From contig CAWANP010000012.1 of NCBI GenBank assembly GCA_963783445.1, positions 466,249 through 530,248 of the forward strand: a DNA stretch of 64,000 nucleotides, given 5' to 3'. How positions within the stretch are numbered: the first letter of the stretch is position 1; each line of letters begins with the position of its first letter. The stretch is from an uncultured Chloroflexia bacterium (GTDB lineage: Bacteria; Chloroflexota; Anaerolineae; JAAYZQ01). Below the pieces are notes generated by a model. It was not told where the DNA came from and did not search any database. It was given only the letters and a program-made list of their open reading frames with translations. Positions 20,445 to 30,892 of this stretch are shown piece by piece. Position numbers and translations under genes: made by a program.

Positions 20445-21332
20445 CTACTCCTCTCCCGCCTGCGCCTCTGCTTCGGCCGCTAGCTCTGCTTCCAGGTCGT
20501 CACCGTCGTCGTCATCTTCCTCCGAGAACACCTCATCCAGGTATTCATGTTCCCCTGGCAGCTCGGGCGCCCGCTCCGTCTTGCGATCGGGGCGTGGTCG
20601 CTCTTCTGGTAGCTCAAAGCCCCGCTCCTTCAGTGCTTCCTCCAGGCGCTGGATGATGGTCTGAAAAATCTTGACCCGCGCCCAGCGTCGATCTGTGGCC
20701 TCGACGATGGTCCATGGTCCCCACTCGGTATCGGTTCGTTCCAGCATCTCCTCGATGGCCAGCACATATTCGTTGTATTTGTGGTGGTGATCCCAATCCT
20801 CTGGCTGCACGTGCCAACTCTTGAGCGGGTCCTTTTCCAGTTTCTTGAAGCGGCGTTTTTGCTCCTTCTTGCTGATGTGCAGGAAGAACTTGATCACGAC
20901 GTAACCATCATCGGCGATGGTCCGCTCAAAGTCGTGGATGTCCCGGTAGCCCCTCCGCCATTGCGACACTGGCGTCAGGCCCTCTACCCGCTCTACCAGA
21001 ACGCGGCCATACCAACTCCGGTCAAAGATAGCCATCTCGCCATAGTTGGGCAGCTTCAGCCAGAATCGCCACAGCCAGGGAAGGTGGGTCTCAAAGGTGC
21101 GTGCCCCCTGGATGGCATAGAGTTTGAACCCGCGCGGATCAAGGCGCGAAGTCAGCAGGTTGATGGAGGTCCCTTTGCCGGCAGCATCCCAGCCCTCAAA
21201 GACGATGACGCTGGGCAATTTCGCATCCCAGCAAGCCTTTTCCAGGTCGTAGAGACGCCGCTGCAGGCGGGGAATCAGGACTTTGTACTCTTCTTTCGGC
21301 AGCTTGCGGCTGAGGTCGATTTTTTCCAGCAT
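20445..21332 (-). CDS. ppk2: polyphosphate kinase 2 paralog with acidic C-terminal tail
   Basis: VFEGWDAAGKGT, FDRSWYGR; tail EEDDDDGDDLEAELAAEAEAQAGEE; 9 nt from previous PPK2. Confidence 0.85.
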   Translation of the reverse strand: MLEKIDLSRKLPKEEYKVLIPRLQRRLYDLEKACWDAKLPSVIVFEGWDAAGKGTSINLLTSRLDPRGFKLYAIQGARTFETHLPWLWRFWLKLPNYGEMAIFDRSWYGRVLVERVEGLTPVSQWRRGYRDIHDFERTIADDGYVVIKFFLHISKKEQKRRFKKLEKDPLKSWHVQPEDWDHHHKYNEYVLAIEEMLERTDTEWGPWTIVEATDRRWARVKIFQTIIQRLEEALKERGFELPEERPRPDRKTERAPELPGEHEYLDEVFSEEDDDDGDDLEAELAAEAEAQAGEE

Positions 21333-21356
21333 AGATGACGACTCCTTCCAGTCCCC

Positions 21357-23141
21357 CTACAGAACCATGACCGCTTCTGCAATCAACTGACTGAAACTTG
21401 CTCCTGTAAGCTTTTGCCATGCCCCGGGAAAGGTGTTCAATCGATGCTGCATCTCCGCTTGCTGGGCCGCCAGGTAGGCGGTTACGCCTGGGGAGACGAT
21501 CGCCCGCTCAGGGTCGGACAGGTGTTCTGGGCTGGCTTGTTCCCCCCACGTTCCCAGGCAAAGATAGTCGCCCAGGATGCTGCTGGCCACGACGGTATCT
21601 TGCAGGGCGCCCAGGTGATCTTGCATCACGACCACCTCCTCGATGATGGTCCCGGTATCCGGCCCCAGCACCTCTTGGAAGAATTCCAGTGTGTAGCGTA
21701 GCCGCTTGCACGCGATGCGCAAGGCATGCAGCCGGGCCGGCGGCGGGTCGGGGATGCAGACCCACTCGTCGTAGGCGCGCACATTTGCCAGCCGCTGGTA
21801 TATGGTCACGGGAGCTACGTGGCGCACCCGGTAGGGTCCTGGGTCGTCGTCGCCGGGCTCGACGGAGAGACTGCCCATCCCAAAAGTCTCCAAAAATGCA
21901 CCAAATTGATCCACAAAACGCCGGTACTGTTTCCCGTCCAGGTGGGTGAGCATCTGGGCACGGGCTGCATCGCGTTGTCTCTCCAGGACGACCAGTAGGT
22001 CATCCAGGCTGTCCTGTTGCGATTCGGGCAGTGTATCCAGATATGCCTGGACTGTGGCCCGAAATACATCCAGGTCGCGTACCGAACCGAGGGCTCGACC
22101 GGTCCGCTTTAATCCCTTTAGATAGGGTGCTATCGCCTTGGTCTCGTAATAGGGGCCAAAGATTCGGAAGGCAGCCCGCATGCGCCGCGTGGCAACCCGC
22201 ATGTCGTGCAGAGCCTTGATGTCTTCCCCCAGGCGCGTACCCGACTCATTGTCAACCATTCGCCGGAAGTGGAAACGCAGGGTCTTGCGGCCAGCTTCGC
22301 CCATGGGATCGTCGGGTTCGACGCCTGGGCGCTCGAGCAATCGGACTTGCTCCCGGTGTATCTGTTCGCCTTCAACGCTGCTCGCCTCGACGGACGTGGT
22401 CCATGCTCCCTTGGTTGGGCTTTCCCCAACGGTTGTCGGCACTCGGTCTACCATCGAGTTCTCCATGGCCGGTATGGACGGCGACTGACCGGCAAGTGAG
22501 ACTTGGCGGGAGGCTTCCGGCCCTGCAACCCCTTCATTGTCGAGGGCCAACCCCCGCTCGTACTTGGACCGGCTCTCCGGCACCAGCTCCCATGCTGCCT
22601 GCAACCCTGTGCTGAGCTGTTCCAGATCCTCTTCACGGCCATCAGCAACCAGTTCCGCTTCTAGTTCCAGGAAGGTCGTAGCCACGTCTCCCCGGGAAAT
22701 GGACACACGGTCCAAGCTCACTTCGGCAACCAGGCGGTCGCCGTCGCAGAGGGAACGGCTATGCCGGGTCTGTTTGACCTCAAACAGGGTGGTCAGCTCC
22801 TCATTGCCGCATAAGCGTAGCACAGTGTCACGCGCGGCCCCGGGCGGCCATTCCTGAGGCGGCTGGGGCTCAGGTAGCTCAACCTGGTGTTCCTCCCGTC
22901 GATGGATGGCGCCTGAAACCCCTCCAAGGCCCTTGAGCGTCGCTAGCGTGATTCTGTTTGTCTGGCGTATTCGACAGGCATATCCCCCAGCGTAGACTGT
23001 CCCATTCTGGGTTTCCAGATAGCGGTCGTGCAGATCAGCGATGGACACCTTGCCAAGGGTGAATCTGGCCAAGGTGTCTGTCTCCAGCAATCGCTGAAAC
23101 GCCTCCTCATCGGGGATCTGGAATTTGGCCTCAATCTCCAA
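21357..23141 (-). CDS. CYTH (triphosphate tunnel metalloenzyme) + CHAD domain protein
   Basis: N-terminal EIEAKFQIP (ExExK) CYTH signature; long helical C-terminal CHAD-like region; adjacent to PPK2 pair. Confidence 0.7.
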   Translation of the reverse strand: MEIEAKFQIPDEEAFQRLLETDTLARFTLGKVSIADLHDRYLETQNGTVYAGGYACRIRQTNRITLATLKGLGGVSGAIHRREEHQVELPEPQPPQEWPPGAARDTVLRLCGNEELTTLFEVKQTRHSRSLCDGDRLVAEVSLDRVSISRGDVATTFLELEAELVADGREEDLEQLSTGLQAAWELVPESRSKYERGLALDNEGVAGPEASRQVSLAGQSPSIPAMENSMVDRVPTTVGESPTKGAWTTSVEASSVEGEQIHREQVRLLERPGVEPDDPMGEAGRKTLRFHFRRMVDNESGTRLGEDIKALHDMRVATRRMRAAFRIFGPYYETKAIAPYLKGLKRTGRALGSVRDLDVFRATVQAYLDTLPESQQDSLDDLLVVLERQRDAARAQMLTHLDGKQYRRFVDQFGAFLETFGMGSLSVEPGDDDPGPYRVRHVAPVTIYQRLANVRAYDEWVCIPDPPPARLHALRIACKRLRYTLEFFQEVLGPDTGTIIEEVVVMQDHLGALQDTVVASSILGDYLCLGTWGEQASPEHLSDPERAIVSPGVTAYLAAQQAEMQHRLNTFPGAWQKLTGASFSQLIAEAVMVL

Positions 23142-23292
23142 AATATCCTTGCTTCTTTTTGCTCTATTCGTCCACTCTCTCCATGGGGGATCAGTTTATA
23201 GACGATGGAAAACATGACTGCTTTCTGTCAGGAGTACATTATACCATAGACTCCCGTTCTTCGCAACCCGCAGACACCCGGTCTTGTCTGAT

Positions 23293-25140
23293 CTAGGCCA
23301 GTACCTCCAATTCCTCGATCATCTCTGCAATCACGTCAAAACCACCCTGCCAGAAAGCGGCCGGTGTGATGTCGACACCTGCCTCTGTCAGGATATCAGC
23401 GGGTCCCTTTGACCCGCCATAGGCCAGAATCCTGAGATACTTTGGGATAAAAGACGCACCTTCCTCTTTGTACTGCTGGTACAGCGCCAATACCAGGAGT
23501 TGGCCAAAGCTGTAGGCATAGCAGTAGAAGGGTGTGTGGTAAATATGTGGGATCGATATCCATTCCCAGCGAAACTCGTCACTGATCTCCACGGCATCGC
23601 CAAACTGCTCCTGCAAGTTGGCCAAATAACGTTCGGCCAGAAAGCCCGTTGTCTTGCCCTCTTGGACCAATGCATGGGCTTCACGTTCAAAGAGGACAAA
23701 GAATGCCTGTCGCATCACTGTGGCGTAGGCATTGTCCACAAAGTGGGCCAGAATGTCCCGCTGTACGGTCGCATCAGCTTCCTCTCCCAGCAGGCGCTCG
23801 AGGAGCAGCATCTCGGAAAAAACAGAAGCTGTCTCGGCCAGGGGCAGGGACGAGTGGAAGGTCAAGGGCGTGTGCTCTGTGGCCATGAGCCCGTGGACTG
23901 CGTGACCCAGCTCGTGGGCCAGGGTTGAGACGTCGTTGGCCTTGCCGTTGTAGTTGACCAATACCCAGGGGGCAACGCCTGGCAGTACGCTGGCGCAGAA
24001 CGCGCCCGAGTCCTTTCGGGCCCGAATCTCGGAATCCAGGTGGTTTTCAGCAAAGACGCGCTGAGCATGCTCCGCAAGAAGGGGCGAGAATCCGCCCAGG
24101 CTGTCTAGCACCATGTTGGCCGCTGTGTCGAAAGGATAGGTCTTGTCCGAGCTGCTGAGGGGGGCATAAATGTCACAGCGTCGCAACCTATCGAGACCCA
24201 GCCAGCCGGCCTTCAATTGGAAGTAGCGCTGGAAGAGCTTGGCGTTGTCCTGGCAGACCGCCAGGAGGGTATCTACAATGCCGTCGGGGATGTCATTGCC
24301 CAGGTTGCGTACGGCGATGGGCGTGGAATACTTGCGCAGCGATAGTTGCTCGCTGGCCCAATCCCGTACAACGTGCTGGTAGATCTGGCCCAGCACGGTG
24401 CTCTGTTCGCCATAGACGCGGTAGAGTTCCTGGTAGACGGCGGCGCGCACGTCGGGACGCGGGTCTCGGGCATAGACCATGAGTTCGGAACGGCCGAGTT
24501 CTTTGACCTCACCATCGATCTCCACCTTGAAGACAAAGGCGTTGGTCAGCATCTCGTATACGGTCACCAATGCCTCGATCCCATTTACGTCCTTCAGGTT
24601 GATGGCCTGTTCTTCCAGTTCCGACAAGGTATGGGGCTTGAAGCGGCGCAGCGACTCCAGGTAGTAGGCATTGCCGCCGCTGGCGGCCAGAAGTCTTTCG
24701 GCCGGCTCGTCGTCCAGAGCCTTCCACCACAAAGTGAAGAATAGTACCCGATTCTGAACGCCGGTCAGTAGTTGCTCCATCCTACCGCGAAAGGCCAGGG
24801 CATCCTGGTGCTGAGTATCCTCAGCGTACCACAGGTAGGCATAGGCCCCCAGGCGATTGGTAAGGGTCGCCAGCCTTTCCACCTGGCTCATAAGCTGAGC
24901 AAAGTTCGCTTCCGGGATATCCGGTGAGAGTTCTTCCCGGCTTGCTTCCAGTTGAGCAACCACATCTTCCAGTTCGGCCACTATCCCGTCAAACTCGGGG
25001 CTAGCTGTGTTTGGCAGGAGATCAGTCAGGGACCACCTTGTCTGTTCAAATACTTCGAGATTCACTTGTTCCCTTCCTTTCACAAGCTGACTTGCCATCG
25101 CCCATCGGTTGTTGAATGAACCCAGCGCCACGGCAGGCAC
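23293..25140 (-). CDS. pepF: oligoendopeptidase F (M3B family metallopeptidase)
   Basis: HELGHAVH zinc motif + downstream E (…SEMLLLE…), M3 architecture. Confidence 0.8.
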   Translation of the reverse strand: MPAVALGSFNNRWAMASQLVKGREQVNLEVFEQTRWSLTDLLPNTASPEFDGIVAELEDVVAQLEASREELSPDIPEANFAQLMSQVERLATLTNRLGAYAYLWYAEDTQHQDALAFRGRMEQLLTGVQNRVLFFTLWWKALDDEPAERLLAASGGNAYYLESLRRFKPHTLSELEEQAINLKDVNGIEALVTVYEMLTNAFVFKVEIDGEVKELGRSELMVYARDPRPDVRAAVYQELYRVYGEQSTVLGQIYQHVVRDWASEQLSLRKYSTPIAVRNLGNDIPDGIVDTLLAVCQDNAKLFQRYFQLKAGWLGLDRLRRCDIYAPLSSSDKTYPFDTAANMVLDSLGGFSPLLAEHAQRVFAENHLDSEIRARKDSGAFCASVLPGVAPWVLVNYNGKANDVSTLAHELGHAVHGLMATEHTPLTFHSSLPLAETASVFSEMLLLERLLGEEADATVQRDILAHFVDNAYATVMRQAFFVLFEREAHALVQEGKTTGFLAERYLANLQEQFGDAVEISDEFRWEWISIPHIYHTPFYCYAYSFGQLLVLALYQQYKEEGASFIPKYLRILAYGGSKGPADILTEAGVDITPAAFWQGGFDVIAEMIEELEVLA

Positions 25141-25181
25141 CAGCGTACTGTGGTTGTTCTTCCTTGCGGCGAGCTCTCAAC

Positions 25182-26579
25182 TCAGGCCAGTCCCCACACG
25201 TTGGATGGCTCTTTTGGAAACAGGGCTTCCAGCAGGGCCCGCGCCTCGTCGTTCAAGGTCCAGCAGTCCGCAAAGGCGTACTTGAGCTCCTCCAGGGACC
25301 GGTAGCCAAATAGTAGCTGCAGGAAGGTGAGTTCGGGAAAGCCCGCACCGCCATCCTCTGCGCCTGTCGGTTGCCAGGGGTCCACGCCAACCAGCTTTCC
25401 CTGTTCGAGCCACAAAAGCAGTCCGTCGCGGTAGCGGCTGATCTCCAGTACTCCACTATGCCCCGCCAGTACCGAACTGGCTAGCCGGCGTTCCAGAACG
25501 GGCGCTACCTGCTGGATGAACCCTGCTAGGTCGGGTACGCGCAGGTACCAGGCATAGGGCTTGGCGGTGTTCGGTAGCTGGGTGTCCATCGCTTCGTAGA
25601 CCGGGTGTTCCGTACCCAAATGAAAGGAAAATGTGGTCAGCCTTTGCCCCTCGTCTCGCTCCGCGTACTCCTGACCCCTGGCCCAGAGATAGCGTATCAC
25701 CGTTGGGCTCACTGCCAGCCAGGAGTTCCCTGCTTCAAGCTCATACGCGGTGGCCGTGGTTCTGCCACGCCATAGTGCAGTCGTGTGCGCCAAAAAGCCC
25801 ACCGGCTTGCCCGCCAGCGTCTCCACAATGCAGAGCAGGCGCCGGTCGATACTTTTCTCACTCCTACCTGTCAGTTCATATTGCCACAATACCTCGTCGC
25901 GGACGCACGACATGAGGGAGCGCTGGCACCCTCGCTCATACGCCTCAGCGATGAAAGGCAGGTCGGATCTCGTTGCCAGGCGTACATTATACGGCTCTGT
26001 CTCGCCATCCTTCAATTTTGGTACGTGGAAGCCGTAGCCCATGCGCCCGCCACCCAAGGTCAGCGCCATCTCGTAGCCGAACTGGCGATAGTACCAGGGG
26101 ATGCCAGTGATGGCTTGCAGGCTCTCCCCTCGCTCGGTACTCCATTGGTGGATCGTCTTGAATTGGGCGCGCACCAGGCCACGCCTTCGGTAGTCGGGAT
26201 GTGTACCCACCAATTCTGGCCGCCCAACGCCGAACTCGACGTCTCCATAGGTCCAGGTCTGAGCGATCAAACACATCGAGGACACAATCGCACCCGTACG
26301 CAAGTCTTCTACCAGGGTAAAATCACCTGCTCTGAATGTCGGGTGCCTTCCCGACATCATGTCCCGAGTCGAGGCCGCAATCCCTTCGTCTGGGCCTTCT
26401 ACCTTTGGGTCGCGGTGCATCTCGCCGTGAAAGGCCACCAACGCTTCGGCGTCCGCTGCCGTTGCCTGGCGTAACAGCAGTCCATTTCCCAGATCCTGGC
26501 TGAGGCTTCTGTCCTGTCCGCTGTCGACTCTTGCCCCTCTGGAGTCAGGACGAGAGCCTGGACTCGGCCGTCCTGACAC
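25182..26579 (-). CDS. GNAT-family N-acetyltransferase, Eis-like multi-domain
   Basis: N-terminal GNAT core (…QATAADAEALVAFH…RRRGLVRAQF…), ~450 aa three-part architecture like Eis. Confidence 0.55.
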   Translation of the reverse strand: MSGRPSPGSRPDSRGARVDSGQDRSLSQDLGNGLLLRQATAADAEALVAFHGEMHRDPKVEGPDEGIAASTRDMMSGRHPTFRAGDFTLVEDLRTGAIVSSMCLIAQTWTYGDVEFGVGRPELVGTHPDYRRRGLVRAQFKTIHQWSTERGESLQAITGIPWYYRQFGYEMALTLGGGRMGYGFHVPKLKDGETEPYNVRLATRSDLPFIAEAYERGCQRSLMSCVRDEVLWQYELTGRSEKSIDRRLLCIVETLAGKPVGFLAHTTALWRGRTTATAYELEAGNSWLAVSPTVIRYLWARGQEYAERDEGQRLTTFSFHLGTEHPVYEAMDTQLPNTAKPYAWYLRVPDLAGFIQQVAPVLERRLASSVLAGHSGVLEISRYRDGLLLWLEQGKLVGVDPWQPTGAEDGGAGFPELTFLQLLFGYRSLEELKYAFADCWTLNDEARALLEALFPKEPSNVWGLA

Positions 26580-27859
26580 TATACAATCACCATTTGGGGA
26601 CGTTCCGGACCCACAGATACAAAGCGGATCGGTGCATCGGCCAGTTCTTCGATGCGTCGCAGATAGGCGCGGGCAGCTTCCGGCAGGTCAACCCAGGTAC
26701 GACAGGCGCTGGTGTCACTCTGCCAACCTGGCCAGGATTCGTATACCGGCTCGACCAAAGCTTGCGTAGCGGTGTCAGGCACATAGTCCAGTACCTGATC
26801 GCCCAGCCGGTAGCCCACGCAAATCTGGATGGTGTCGAAACGGTCCAATACGTCCAGCTTGGTCACGGCGATGCCCGTGAAGCCATTGATCCAGGCTGCA
26901 TAGCCGATAGCTACACCGTCGAACCAGCCACAGCGCCGCGGGCGGCCGGTTGTCGCGCCATACTCCCGTCCAATCTCCTGGAGTTTGACACCCGGCTCAT
27001 CGTGCAACTCGGTGGGAAATGGCCCGCCTCCAACCGAAGTTGAATAGGCCTTGACCACACCCAATACCTTGTCGATGGCCCTGGGCGGGATGCCGGCGCC
27101 CATGCATGCCCCGCCGGCCGTCGGCGAGGAGGCGGTGGTATAGGGATAGATCCCCCAGTTTATATCCCGTCCAATACCAAGTTGCCCTTCCAACAAGACT
27201 TGCTTGCCGCCCTGTACCGCATCACGTACCCAGGGAAACGTATCAACGATGCTGTCGCCATGCCGTTCTCGCCAAACAGCGGCTAGATCTATCAGTTCAT
27301 CCACGGTGAACTGCCTCAGACCGTAAAAGGCCAGCTCCCGATTCTTGAGGGGCAGAACCAGTTCAATACGTTGCTTCAGCAGATCGGGGTGGTGGAGATC
27401 GCCGGCGCGGATTCCGTTGTAAGAATGCTTGTCCGCATAGACCGGGCCAATCCCCCGCCGGGTCGTGCCCATTTCCTCGGCGCCCTCAACGTCCCGTTTG
27501 CGGCGCTCTTCTTCTGCCCCGTCCAGCAAGCGGTGGTAGGGCCAGATGAGATGAGCCCGGATGTCGATCCACGAGTTGCTGGCTTCCACGCCTGCGGCTC
27601 GGAGCAGCGACTGTTCTTCGGCGACTGTATCCAGGTTGACGACCGTCCCTGGGCCCAGCAGGCAGCGCACGTGAGGGTAGAAAATGCCGCAAGGGATCAA
27701 GTGCAGGGCAAAGCGACCATAGTCGTTGACCACCGTATGCCCGGCATTGTCCCCACCCTGGAAGCGGATCACCATGTCGGCCTGTGCTGCCATATAGTCC
27801 ACTACACGTCCTTTGCCTTCGTCGCCCCACTGGGCTCCCACCACGATCGTCACAGTCAT
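26579..27859 (-). CDS. purA: adenylosuccinate synthetase
   Basis: [12 protein letters not shown]-loop, [30 protein letters not shown] motifs. Confidence 0.9.
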   Translation of the reverse strand: MTVTIVVGAQWGDEGKGRVVDYMAAQADMVIRFQGGDNAGHTVVNDYGRFALHLIPCGIFYPHVRCLLGPGTVVNLDTVAEEQSLLRAAGVEASNSWIDIRAHLIWPYHRLLDGAEEERRKRDVEGAEEMGTTRRGIGPVYADKHSYNGIRAGDLHHPDLLKQRIELVLPLKNRELAFYGLRQFTVDELIDLAAVWRERHGDSIVDTFPWVRDAVQGGKQVLLEGQLGIGRDINWGIYPYTTASSPTAGGACMGAGIPPRAIDKVLGVVKAYSTSVGGGPFPTELHDEPGVKLQEIGREYGATTGRPRRCGWFDGVAIGYAAWINGFTGIAVTKLDVLDRFDTIQICVGYRLGDQVLDYVPDTATQALVEPVYESWPGWQSDTSACRTWVDLPEAARAYLRRIEELADAPIRFVSVGPERPQMVIV

Positions 27860-27942
27860 TGCCTACCTCCTCGGTCGATTCAACAGTCTGGAATTCAATG
27901 GGTCAATCGGAATGAATCGCTGGTACAGCCCCAGTTCCGGCC

Positions 27943-28704
27943 TCATACCAGGGGCCAGGGGACGACGCGTCCCGGTCCGGGTTTGGGGAGTCGGCCTGCT
28001 TGGATCAGCGCTTGCACGCGATGGCGCAGCGCGGATACTTCGTCGTCGCTCAGCAAACGACAGAGCACTTGGGGCAGGGCAGAAGATTCGCCAAGCGCAT
28101 CCCGCAGATCCTGGAGGCTGGCCACCACCTCCACGGGCAGGGGCTGTTCTGCGAAATCCCAGATCACGGTTCGCAGCTTGTGTTCGGCATGGAAAGTCAA
28201 TGCGTTGTCAATGGCCCACAGGTGCCCGTCGTGACCGACCAAACAGTGACCAGACTTGCGGTCCGCGTTGTTGGCGATCACATCGTAAACAGCCAATCGC
28301 ATCAGGTCATGCGCATAGGCGGCGTCGTCTTGGATAGTGAAAAAGTGGGCATCTTTTTGAGTGTGGACAAAGAACTGTACCGAGCCCAGCCCGTAGGGAC
28401 CCTTTCGCAGTACCGTTGGCGGAACCAAGTCCCAACCCAATGCCTCGCACACCAGGTAAGCGGCGACTTCCCGCTTGCCCAGGCTTCCAGTAGGAAAATC
28501 CCATAGAGGGCGTTCACCACGCTGCGGCTTGTAAATGCCCATCGTTGAGAACTCTTCGTCCCGAACGCTCACCAGCAGTGTGGCATTCGAACTCCACGGG
28601 ATAAGACCTTCGATCTCGATCTCCCCCTCTGAGAGTAGCTGAAGGATGCGATCCGAGGTGAGCGCGATGACGGCATCCGTCCCCGCCTGCTCGCTGGTGT
28701 TCAC
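27943..28704 (-). CDS. SCO1664-family conserved hypothetical protein (PI3/4-kinase-like fold)
   Basis: Resembles actinobacterial SCO1664 family as recalled; first of 3 overlapping genes (4-nt overlap with next). Confidence 0.5.
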   Translation of the reverse strand: MNTSEQAGTDAVIALTSDRILQLLSEGEIEIEGLIPWSSNATLLVSVRDEEFSTMGIYKPQRGERPLWDFPTGSLGKREVAAYLVCEALGWDLVPPTVLRKGPYGLGSVQFFVHTQKDAHFFTIQDDAAYAHDLMRLAVYDVIANNADRKSGHCLVGHDGHLWAIDNALTFHAEHKLRTVIWDFAEQPLPVEVVASLQDLRDALGESSALPQVLCRLLSDDEVSALRHRVQALIQAGRLPKPGPGRVVPWPLV

Positions 28705-29225
28705 GTCCGGTTGCCGTTCCTACGAGGGCAAAAATGGCCATCGGGATCCATAGCTTCGCCACACATGCTGCAGGTGGGGCGTCCCGAGGCAACTACTTCC
28801 TGTCCGTGGATACTAAAAGCGCGCATTTGAGCCTGTGTGGCCCACAGACGTGCCACCGATGGTTCAGCTCCGTCATCCTCATCCAAAAGCTCGTAGGCAA
28901 TCACCACCAGCCGCCCGCTGACCTCGTCGTACCCGAGGTTCACCTGCCCTGTCCGAAAGGCCGGATCCAGAGGATACTCCAGGTCCATGCCGCCTTTGAG
29001 CGCAGGATCCGGCTCAACCACGGCGTCGACGTCGTCATCGGCCAGCGAGAGCAGTACCTGGTCAGTAGCCATGGCCAGGGCAGCTACGTGCTCCTTTTCA
29101 CAGATCACCGTTACGAGTTGATTCCCCTTGCGAGCCTGAAGGTAGAATACCCTCTTGCCTGGCTCGCCAATAGCATCAGCTGTAATGCGATCAACCGGAT
29201 TCAAATCAAAGACCTCATCGGGCAT
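28701..29225 (-). CDS. DUF3090-family protein
   Basis: C-terminal CSMCGEAMDPDGHFCPRRNG motif; conserved partner of SCO1664-family gene. Confidence 0.55.
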   Translation of the reverse strand: MPDEVFDLNPVDRITADAIGEPGKRVFYLQARKGNQLVTVICEKEHVAALAMATDQVLLSLADDDVDAVVEPDPALKGGMDLEYPLDPAFRTGQVNLGYDEVSGRLVVIAYELLDEDDGAEPSVARLWATQAQMRAFSIHGQEVVASGRPTCSMCGEAMDPDGHFCPRRNGNRT

Positions 29226-29227
29226 GG

Positions 29228-29881
29228 TCAGTGCTCCTCATTTTCTGGTTGCATTGGATGTTCCGCGATTTCGAATGAAGGCAAGGAGCCGGTATGATTC
29301 AGACATATCAGACGCGGGCCAAAGCGTGTGAAGGCAAAGGCCGTTACCGAAGCTGGACTGACAGTCAGTCTCTGGAAAAGATCCAGAGGTACCCCGGCAT
29401 AAAAGGCCGCAGCCATCTTGATCGGGTCCGAGTGCGAGAAAATAGCAACCGTCTGTTCAGGGTGCGCATCCCGGATAGCATCCAGTTCAGCCACAATTCG
29501 CGCCTGGACCTCACGCATCGACTCGCCATCTGGAAACCGAGCTCCGGAGGGATAGACCTGGACCACTGGCCATAGCTCATCCTCCTTCAATTCCTTGATC
29601 GCCCGGCCCGTCCAGCTGCCATACCCGGCCTCGCCAAGCCCATCCCGCACCTGTACGGTCAGACCCTGAGCTTGGGCCAGCGGTTGGGCTGTCTCAAGGG
29701 TTCTCTCCAAGGGGCTGCTGTAGATAGCTCGCAGGGGCGTGTCTGACAGCAGCTGAGCCAGGGAGGCTGCCTGCGCGCGGCCTTTGTCATTGAGGTGAAC
29801 GTCCGGTGTCCAGCCTGCCAATCGCTCGCCGACCCAATCGTTCTCTGCGTGGCGGATCAACAACAAATGCATCATCTTCAT
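29228..29881 (-). CDS. histidine phosphatase (phosphoglycerate-mutase-like) family protein
   Basis: LIRHAEND catalytic RHG-type motif, second His HSDPIKM; RBS GGAG. Confidence 0.7.
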   Translation of the reverse strand: MKMMHLLLIRHAENDWVGERLAGWTPDVHLNDKGRAQAASLAQLLSDTPLRAIYSSPLERTLETAQPLAQAQGLTVQVRDGLGEAGYGSWTGRAIKELKEDELWPVVQVYPSGARFPDGESMREVQARIVAELDAIRDAHPEQTVAIFSHSDPIKMAAAFYAGVPLDLFQRLTVSPASVTAFAFTRFGPRLICLNHTGSLPSFEIAEHPMQPENEEH

Positions 29882-29899
29882 GATATTATCTCCAGCCTC

Positions 29900-29935
29900 T
29901 CATTATACCACAAAGCCGCTCTGACACGAAACGGA
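29900..29935 (-). promoter_or_regulatory. promoter (extended -10 TGGTATAAT on minus strand) for the 3-gene cassette
   Basis: + strand attatacca at 29903-29911 = minus-strand tggtataat ~20 nt upstream of ATG. Confidence 0.4.
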
Positions 29936-30113
29936 AAGGCTGCCCGCTTCCATGCAGGATGACCCTCCAGCGAACATGGGGCACCGGCAACCGTCACTGT
30001 TTGGCAACCTGCCACAACCTTCAGCAGGACAGGGCCGCGGTCTCACGGCAGCCACTTGCCTGAGGGCAGTGGCTCCGATACCACTGATTCGCTGCGCTGC
30101 ATGTGATGGGGGG

Positions 30114-30869
30114 CTACAGCGGGTACCTGTCGCCATCGCGGGCCAGGCTCACCGGGCCGGGGAATTCAGATGCCGCCCGGCGCCAAGCCTCCAGGTTCAC
30201 ATCCCGCACGGGATAGTGGGTGAGAGCTAGCTTTTCCACGCTCGCTGTACGGGCAGTCTCTGCGGCTTGGGCAGGTGACGAGTGGCCAGGGTATTCCCCA
30301 GATGCTTCGTGGATCAGTAGATCCGCGCCAAAAGCCAGCCTGACCAGGGCTGGACAAGGCTCCGTATCCCCCGAGTAGACAATGGCCCGTCCGGTCTCAG
30401 TGTTCTCGAAGCGAAATGCCAGCGCCTGCATATCTCGGTGACAAACAGGCGTGGCGGTAATCCGTATACCCTCCGCCTCCAGAACCCTCTGGTCCTCGCG
30501 CAAGAGTACTGGTCGCCATTCCAGGGAAAACATGTCGGCGCGTTCGGCCAAGCTGAACGTCTCCAGCAGGCTGCGAGCGATGCCCAAGGTCTCTGTAGGG
30601 CCGTAGATAGGCAGTGGATCCTCGCGCCCGCCCAGCCACAGGCCCTGGATGAGCATGGGCAAGCCATAAATGTGGTCAGCATGGTGGTGGGTCAGGACAA
30701 CGGCTTGGATCGATGCCATCTCGACCCCGACGCGAGCGAGCTTGTAGAGGGGACTTCCTCCGCAGTCGATCAGAACCGCCCAGTTGGGACCGCAGAGCAC
30801 CTGGCTGATGGTATCATGTCCCGCGTCGGGGACAGAGGCTGCGGTACCCAGAACGATGAATTCAGGCAT
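30114..30869 (-). CDS. MBL-fold metallo-hydrolase (RNase Z/BN-like)
   Basis: LTHHHADHIYG (HxHxDH) motif. Confidence 0.7.
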   Translation of the reverse strand: MPEFIVLGTAASVPDAGHDTISQVLCGPNWAVLIDCGGSPLYKLARVGVEMASIQAVVLTHHHADHIYGLPMLIQGLWLGGREDPLPIYGPTETLGIARSLLETFSLAERADMFSLEWRPVLLREDQRVLEAEGIRITATPVCHRDMQALAFRFENTETGRAIVYSGDTEPCPALVRLAFGADLLIHEASGEYPGHSSPAQAAETARTASVEKLALTHYPVRDVNLEAWRRAASEFPGPVSLARDGDRYPL

Positions 30870-30892
30870 GGGTAGGCCTCCAGAGGCAAGGG

